From an uncultured bacterium (GTDB lineage: Bacteria > Fidelibacterota > Marinisomatia > Marinisomatales > AB-629-J13): 64,000 bases of DNA. This document shows positions 58,856 to 64,000 of the stretch, piece by piece. The stretch lies in contig CAYSQB010000002.1 of NCBI GenBank assembly GCA_964433085.1, forward strand, positions 981 through 64,980, read 5' to 3'. Position 1 is the first letter of the stretch. Each line of letters starts with the position of its first letter. The position numbers and the translations under genes are program-made. A model generated the notes under the pieces. It ran no database searches. It worked only from the letters and a program-made list of their open reading frames with translations, and was not told the origin of the DNA.

Positions 58856-60259
58856 ATGAAATATAGACGAACAAAGATTGTAGCGACCTTTGGTCCTTCA
58901 ACTATATCAAAATCAATGGTAGAAAAGATGATAATTGCTGGAGTGGATGTTGCAAGGATAAATATGTCCCATTACAGTGATATTTTTGATATTGATAATC
59001 TAGTAAAAAATATAAGAAATATTTCTAAAAAATTAAATAGAAGTGTTTCGATAATGATGGATCTACCAGGACCAAAAATTAGAACCTCTAACGAAGAATT
59101 TATCAGTATTAAAAGAGGAAATTTATACACGCTAGGTCTAAACGCTGAGATCCCACTTGATGCACAACTTAAGTTTAATGGGATTAAAAAAGGGGCAAAG
59201 GTTAAAATAGATGATGGGAAACTTTCATTCATAGTTCAAAATAAGATTTCAAACTCCCAAATATTGATTAAAGCAAAAAATAAGGGGGACATTTTACCAC
59301 AGAAGGGAGTGAATATATGTGGGGTAGAAATAAATTTGCCAACCGTAGGGAAAAAAGATCTTGAGTATGTCAAACTAGCGATTAAGCTAGGTATTGATTG
59401 GATTGCACTGAGTTTTGTCCGGTCTGCTGCTGATAGGTTAATTATTGATCAATTATTAAATAAACTAAATCATCAGATTCCTGTAATCGCAAAAATAGAA
59501 AAATCTGAAGCCATAGAGCAATTAGATGATATCATAGAAGCGTTTGATGGGATTCTAGTTGCAAGGGGAGATCTTGGATTAGAACTAGAGCTTGAAAAAG
59601 TTCCAACGTTACAGAAAAAAATTATTAGAAAATGTAATGTGAGCTGTAAACCGGTAATTGTTGCAACACAAATGCTAGAGTCAATGATGGAAAATCCTAT
59701 GCCAACCAGAGCGGAAGTCAGTGATGTCGCTAGTGCTATATATGATGGCTCTGATGCAATCATGCTATCAGGTGAAACAGCCATAGGAAAATTTCCACTT
59801 GATTGTGTTAGGATGATGAAATCAATAGTCTCAAATGTTGAAAAAGAAATATTAGATAATGAGGAGTTTTTTAATTTGATCAAATCACCAGATAAAACAA
59901 ATTCTGGAAACGCAATTTGTTCATCTGCATTTAAAATTGCTAGAGACCTCTCACTAAAGATAATGGTTATTATGACTGAGTCAGGAAGCACCGGTAATAC
60001 GATGTCAAGTTTTAGACCATCTTCATTAATTTTTGCGATGACACCATCAGACAAGGTGTATAGAAAATTATCTCTAACCTGGGGGGTTTTCCCAATAAAA
60101 GTTAATAAATTCAAATCAACAGATCAGATGCTTAAGTTTTGTAGAAAATTTTTTATTGATAATAGTATGATAAAAAAAGGAGAGCAATTTATTATGACGG
60201 CAGGGATTCCTGTTGGAATCACAGGGTCCACAAATATGATTAAGATCGAAACTATTTAA
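58856..60259 (+). CDS. pyk: Pyruvate kinase
   Basis: 467 aa with RTKIVATFGP, ARINMSHY, DLPGPKIR, VARGDLG and MLSGETA. Confidence 0.93.
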   Translation: MKYRRTKIVATFGPSTISKSMVEKMIIAGVDVARINMSHYSDIFDIDNLVKNIRNISKKLNRSVSIMMDLPGPKIRTSNEEFISIKRGNLYTLGLNAEIPLDAQLKFNGIKKGAKVKIDDGKLSFIVQNKISNSQILIKAKNKGDILPQKGVNICGVEINLPTVGKKDLEYVKLAIKLGIDWIALSFVRSAADRLIIDQLLNKLNHQIPVIAKIEKSEAIEQLDDIIEAFDGILVARGDLGLELELEKVPTLQKKIIRKCNVSCKPVIVATQMLESMMENPMPTRAEVSDVASAIYDGSDAIMLSGETAIGKFPLDCVRMMKSIVSNVEKEILDNEEFFNLIKSPDKTNSGNAICSSAFKIARDLSLKIMVIMTESGSTGNTMSSFRPSSLIFAMTPSDKVYRKLSLTWGVFPIKVNKFKSTDQMLKFCRKFFIDNSMIKKGEQFIMTAGIPVGITGSTNMIKIETI

Positions 60260-60343
60260 TAATGAAAAACAATATTAAGTTTTTATTCCTTCTATACAAT
60301 CAAAAATAAATCTCTATTTCATTTCCTCTATTTAATTAAATAA

Positions 60344-61033
60344 TTATTTTGTCATGAACTCCCTAATGAATTTCATAGCAGCAACAGGAATTTTATGCTT
60401 CTCATCATAGATTTTCATCACAACATCACATCCCAATTCTTTACAAATTTCCATTGATTCTATTCCGCTTTCCACTGGAACAACTTGGTCTTTAGTCCCA
60501 TGTAAAATCAACATAGGAAGACTGAACCCTATCGGTTCTATGTTTAGCATCTCTACGTTTTTTTTGCTTAAAAATCCTGCGATCGACACAATGCCGTTAA
60601 TCTTGTTTCTAATGATTAAACCTGCAGCAGTCGAAAAGGTGGCCCCCTGAGAAAAACCCAATAAAAATATTTTTACATTCTTACCCATTCTATCGTGAAT
60701 TGAATCTACAATTTTTTTAATAATATGAATCGTTTCCAATACCTCCATTTTCGACTTCGGTTTTCTATCAAACCATGAATACCCTTTTGAAATCTTTCGT
60801 GCATTAAATGGAGCGCGAGGAAAAATCCACAGGGAATTGTGTAACATAACCCCTATGGATACGGGAATCAGCGAATGTTCATCTCCTGTCCAGCCATGGA
60901 GCCCAATGACAACGGTATCATTTATTTTACCATATTGTTTAAACTGAAATTCAGTGTTAGGTAATTCAGTGTTCAGGTTAAGAAATTCTGCTACGTTCAT
61001 ATTCCTCCATTCGAAAAACAAAATCGTCTTCAT
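60344..61033 (-). CDS. Alpha/beta hydrolase, phospholipase/carboxylesterase family
   Basis: 229 aa with HGWTGDE, the nucleophile elbow GFSQGA, and HGTKDQVVP. The start is uncertain (61033 or 61000); both overlap the upstream MBL gene. Confidence 0.75.
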   Translation of the reverse strand: MKTILFFEWRNMNVAEFLNLNTELPNTEFQFKQYGKINDTVVIGLHGWTGDEHSLIPVSIGVMLHNSLWIFPRAPFNARKISKGYSWFDRKPKSKMEVLETIHIIKKIVDSIHDRMGKNVKIFLLGFSQGATFSTAAGLIIRNKINGIVSIAGFLSKKNVEMLNIEPIGFSLPMLILHGTKDQVVPVESGIESMEICKELGCDVVMKIYDEKHKIPVAAMKFIREFMTK

Positions 61034-61643
61034 CCTCTGCCTGAAGTAATGAACTCATTTTTATATTTTCTTCTATTGAGCAGTAAGGTTTGGGTCCATA
61101 ATCATGTCCGGGAAAAAGAGTGATATCTTGAGGTAGAGTTAATACCTTCTTATAAACGGAACGATATAATGTTCTCACATTAGAATCTGCACTTATTGTC
61201 CTTCCAGTTCTGCCAATAAAAACAGTATCACCGGTAAATAAAGAATCATTGAATAGAAAACAACAGCTGTCTGAATAATGCCCAGGAGTGTGCAATACCT
61301 TTACTGGAAATTGGCCTATATTAATTATGTCTCCATCTGAGATCGAAGTAGTATTTCTATCAGACCTTTTGTAGGATGAGCCTTCAAAAAGATAAATATC
61401 AATCTCAGGGTTTTCTGATATAAACTGATCAAGATAGGCAACATGATCACCATGTGTATGAGTAATAAATATTCCTGCTATTCGATTTTTTAATTCGCAG
61501 GGTAATCCTCTAATTGAGACAGAAGCATCAACAGCCCACACCCTTTCTGTTTCTGGCGTTTGGATCAAGTAGGTTATGTTTTTATCATAACCACCTATAA
61601 TCGAGTGAAAAGTAAATGGTCCTTTTTGAATAGTGTTCACCAT
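60978..61643 (-). CDS. MBL-fold metallo-hydrolase (glyoxalase II-like)
   Basis: 221 aa with ITHTHGDHV, HTPGH, TGDT and PGHDYG. Confidence 0.85.
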   Translation of the reverse strand: MVNTIQKGPFTFHSIIGGYDKNITYLIQTPETERVWAVDASVSIRGLPCELKNRIAGIFITHTHGDHVAYLDQFISENPEIDIYLFEGSSYKRSDRNTTSISDGDIINIGQFPVKVLHTPGHYSDSCCFLFNDSLFTGDTVFIGRTGRTISADSNVRTLYRSVYKKVLTLPQDITLFPGHDYGPKPYCSIEENIKMSSLLQAEDEDDFVFRMEEYERSRIS

Positions 61644-61738
61644 AATAAATCAATATGTTTTTACCCATATTCAGGTTATTTTCTAAGGAAAATTAACTGG
61701 AATTTTATTTGGATTTACTTTTTATTTAAAAATTTTTT

Positions 61739-61951
61739 ATGAGAAAAACTGCCTTTTATCTTATTGTCAGCGGATTTGTTTTGCTGACACTGAAATTCAT
61801 AACTATTATTCTTAAATTTCTTTCATCTCACCCTATAATCGGATTGGGGATCGCTGTGATTTTAATAGGGATTATTTTATTCTTAATCGATATTTCTAAT
61901 GAAAATCAACGATCAAAAGATAGAGAACCATTCAGGGGAATAGATAAATGA
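61739..61951 (+). CDS. Small hypothetical 2-TM protein
   Basis: 70 aa with two hydrophobic helices and a charged tail. ATGA overlap with the downstream ybjQ-like gene. Confidence 0.4.
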   Translation: MRKTAFYLIVSGFVLLTLKFITIILKFLSSHPIIGLGIAVILIGIILFLIDISNENQRSKDREPFRGIDK

Positions 61952-62271
61952 AAATAGTTACAACAGAAACCATTTCGGGATATACAATAACTGATACGTT
62001 AGGGACAGTTATTGGTAATACAATAAGAGCAAGACATATAGGTAAAGATATAAGTGCGATGCTGAGATCTATCGTTGGTGGAGAAATAAAAGAGTACACC
62101 GGAATGCTAGCAGAATCCAGAGAGCAATCCATTCAGAGAATGATTGAAAAAGCCGAGGAATTGGGTGCGGATGGGATCGTTGGTGTCCGGTTCCAGACAT
62201 CTATGATCATGCAGAGCACAGCAGAACTACTGGTTTACGGTACCGCCGTAAATTTATTAAATAATTCCTGA
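61948..62271 (+). CDS. YbjQ/UPF0145 family protein
   Basis: 107 aa with VTTETISGY, IVGGEI and ELGADGIVGVRF, typical of UPF0145. Confidence 0.82.
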   Translation: MKIVTTETISGYTITDTLGTVIGNTIRARHIGKDISAMLRSIVGGEIKEYTGMLAESREQSIQRMIEKAEELGADGIVGVRFQTSMIMQSTAELLVYGTAVNLLNNS

Positions 62272-62316
62272 TAAATTTTCTCTTTTCATTGTTGGTTTTA
62301 AATATTCTCCGTCATC

Positions 62317-62580
62317 TTGGATTTACTTAAAGATCTGTTAACATGGTTTCCGGCAATTATTCTACCGGGGTCTACGATGATTCAAATCGTAAAAATTGTC
62401 AAGAGCAAAAAATCAGAGGGAGTAAGCTGGCTGTCCTGGTTTCTATTTGGGATAGCGAATATTGGCGCATATTTCCTTGCTCAGAATTATTTTTCCATAA
62501 AGGTTATTCTGGCATTTATTCTCACAGCGATTTTAGATTTTATCATTGTAATTTTAGTATTCACATACCGAAAAAAATGA
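62317..62580 (+). CDS. 3-TM PQ-loop/SemiSWEET-like membrane protein
   Basis: 87 aa, apparent TTG start, 3 TMs. MIQIVKIVKSKKSEGVS aligns by eye with the PQ-loop segment of SemiSWEETs, with the Pro not conserved. Confidence 0.5.
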   Translation: MDLLKDLLTWFPAIILPGSTMIQIVKIVKSKKSEGVSWLSWFLFGIANIGAYFLAQNYFSIKVILAFILTAILDFIIVILVFTYRKK

Positions 62581-62581
62581 A

Positions 62582-63322
62582 ATGAAACCGATTCATCTAT
62601 TTCCAATTCTACTTTTTTATACTCTGTCCTGTTCAAAATCAAAGATAAATGAAACCGGTCCTGAAGAAATACACAAATTAGCTGAAATGCCAAAAGTTGA
62701 GTTAAGTACAAAAATGGACTCCATAAGTTACGGAATGGGCGTCAATCTTGGTTCATCTTATAAGAGACAGGATTTTGATATTGATTCTGATTTATTTTTT
62801 AATGGATTTGTGACAAGTTATAACGAGCAAGAACCTTTACTCACAGAAAATGATACCAGGCAGATGCTCCGGGATTATTATAAGTCTGTACGAATGAATA
62901 AAGCAGAGCAACAAAATATATTAGCAGAAGAAAACCAGAAAAAATGCGACACATTCCTAAAAAAAAATAAAACTGCGAACGGGGTTATTGAATTATCCAG
63001 CGGACTACAATACAAGGTGCTTCAAACTGGTTTAGGAGCAAACCCCACGGTAAATGAAAATGTTAAAGTTCACTATACTGGTAAACATCTGGATGGCACT
63101 GTTTTTGACAGCTCCGTTGAGAGAAATGAACCAGCTATAATGAGCCTTCGCTCTGCCATTAAGGGCTGGGCAGAAGCCTTGCAAATCATGGAAGTTGGAG
63201 CCAAATGGGAACTTTATGTCCCACCTACGCTTGCTTATGGAAGACGTGGAAGCGGTGGTAAAATTGGACCAAATGAGTTGTTGATCTTTGAGGTGGAATT
63301 ATTAGATATTGTTACCAATTAA
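62582..63322 (+). CDS. FKBP-type peptidyl-prolyl cis-trans isomerase (FkpA/Mip-like), probable lipoprotein
   Basis: 246 aa with signal and LSC, an N-terminal dimerisation-like helix region, and an FKBP core VKVHYTGKHLDGTVFDSS...LIFEVELL. Confidence 0.88.
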   Translation: MKPIHLFPILLFYTLSCSKSKINETGPEEIHKLAEMPKVELSTKMDSISYGMGVNLGSSYKRQDFDIDSDLFFNGFVTSYNEQEPLLTENDTRQMLRDYYKSVRMNKAEQQNILAEENQKKCDTFLKKNKTANGVIELSSGLQYKVLQTGLGANPTVNENVKVHYTGKHLDGTVFDSSVERNEPAIMSLRSAIKGWAEALQIMEVGAKWELYVPPTLAYGRRGSGGKIGPNELLIFEVELLDIVTN

Positions 63323-64000
63323 CTGAATTTCACTAAAAGTTCTTCCGTTATATTCCAAAGTCTTTTTCTGGTATCCTCATCACGAGATTCGGTAGAGCTT
63401 TCTTTCTCCCTCATTTTATAATAATATTTACCACTGGTTTCCTCTACCTCTGGCGAAGAAGCCAGAAAGATACTTGTTTCAGCACCTTCCTCTACGGTGA
63501 TTGCTTTCAGTTTTTGAGCTAATTTCAGAAACGCAACTTTCAAACCTGAATTATTGTGACCAAACTTACTGGCAACAAACCCGGGATGCAGACAGTTTAC
63601 AGTGATGGGGCTATCTTTAAGTCTATGTGCAAGTTCGTATGAAAATAAAATATTCATCAGTTTCGATCTCTGGTAATTGGGATAACCACCATAGGGGTTC
63701 ACTCCCTGAAAATCGTTAAAATTTAAACCAGCACCGATATGAGCATCTGATGCTACGTTTACAATCCGAGCACCCTGCTGATTCATATTATCAAGTAATA
63801 ATTTAGTTAATAAAAAATAACTTAAATGATTCAAGGCAAATGTGGATTCAAATCCTTCTGAAGTGAAGGTTTTTTTAAAAAATGCTGCTCCCACATTATT
63901 TATTAACACATCTATGACAGGAAATTTATCTTGGATTTCCCCTGATACTTTTTTGACTTCCGACATGAGAGATAGATCTGCATTGAAATAATGAATATTA
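63319..64000 (-). CDS. Short-chain dehydrogenase/reductase (partial, N-terminus beyond window end)
   Basis: The frame stays open to base 64000 (…IHYFNADLSLMSEVKK…). Motifs LINNVGA and catalytic YxxxK (YQRSK). The stop overlaps the FKBP stop (TTAA). Confidence 0.85.
   Translation of the reverse strand, partial: NIHYFNADLSLMSEVKKVSGEIQDKFPVIDVLINNVGAAFFKKTFTSEGFESTFALNHLSYFLLTKLLLDNMNQQGARIVNVASDAHIGAGLNFNDFQGVNPYGGYPNYQRSKLMNILFSYELAHRLKDSPITVNCLHPGFVASKFGHNNSGLKVAFLKLAQKLKAITVEEGAETSIFLASSPEVEETSGKYYYKMREKESSTESRDEDTRKRLWNITEELLVKFS

Noticed and set aside
59473-60114. 213-aa minus-strand ORF inside pyk. Similar long antisense ORFs occur at 3934-4329 (in dxs), 24407-24910 (in nuoH), 45582-45977 (in secF), 10130-10513, 36799-37188, 34632-35033 and 23827-24285.
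   Set aside because: Each lies entirely within a strongly supported conserved gene on the other strand and has low-complexity or unrecognisable sequence. These are shadow ORFs typical of AT-rich DNA.

Overview
Dense, AT-rich bacterial chromosomal window with about 75 genes, very little non-coding DNA and many 1-14 nt gene overlaps, as in a streamlined genome. I saw no rRNA, CRISPR array, transposase, integrase or phage genes.

Content from left to right:
(i) A minus-strand run of cofactor and isoprenoid genes: partial MBL hydrolase, archaeal-type (class II) GAPDH homolog, B12-dependent acyl-CoA mutase large subunit, dxs, pdxT, pdxS, ispH, nrnA, PduO-type adenosyltransferase and an IT-family permease.
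(ii) A ~17 kb respiratory block. nuoABCDHIJKLMN (11-subunit complex I with no nuoEFG) is followed after 20 nt by nqrABCDEF and apbE. A 53-aa nqrM that is absent from the ORF track lies on the opposite strand.
(iii) Proline dehydrogenase, a CoA-binding protein and aspS.
(iv) parA-parB-M23 peptidase-bactofilin-atpZ-atpI-atpBEFHAGDC, all on the minus strand.
(v) After a gene-orientation switch near 41.1 kb: tdh-kbl, secDF, ogt, DUF502, and a Dak2-DegV fusion overlapping plsY.
(vi) The only accessory-looking patch, 52.3-55.7 kb. It holds a 75-aa basic tandem-repeat protein, a 345-bp AT-rich spacer, a 3-TM protein translationally coupled to a collagen-like (GXY)10 lipoprotein, tRNA-Arg(TCT) and a 16-repeat MORN-variant protein.
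(vii) Prolyl oligopeptidase, a beta-barrel-like protein, csp, a visibly AT-richer pyk, an esterase/MBL pair, YbjQ, a SemiSWEET-like 3-TM protein, FKBP and a partial SDR.

I cannot identify a canonical defence or mobile system. The best candidates for something undescribed are the 3-TM + collagen-like lipoprotein pair next to the tRNA, the contiguous nuo(11)-nqr array, the Dak2-DegV-plsY coupling and the small repeat protein. All functional calls come from motif recognition by eye; no searches were run.
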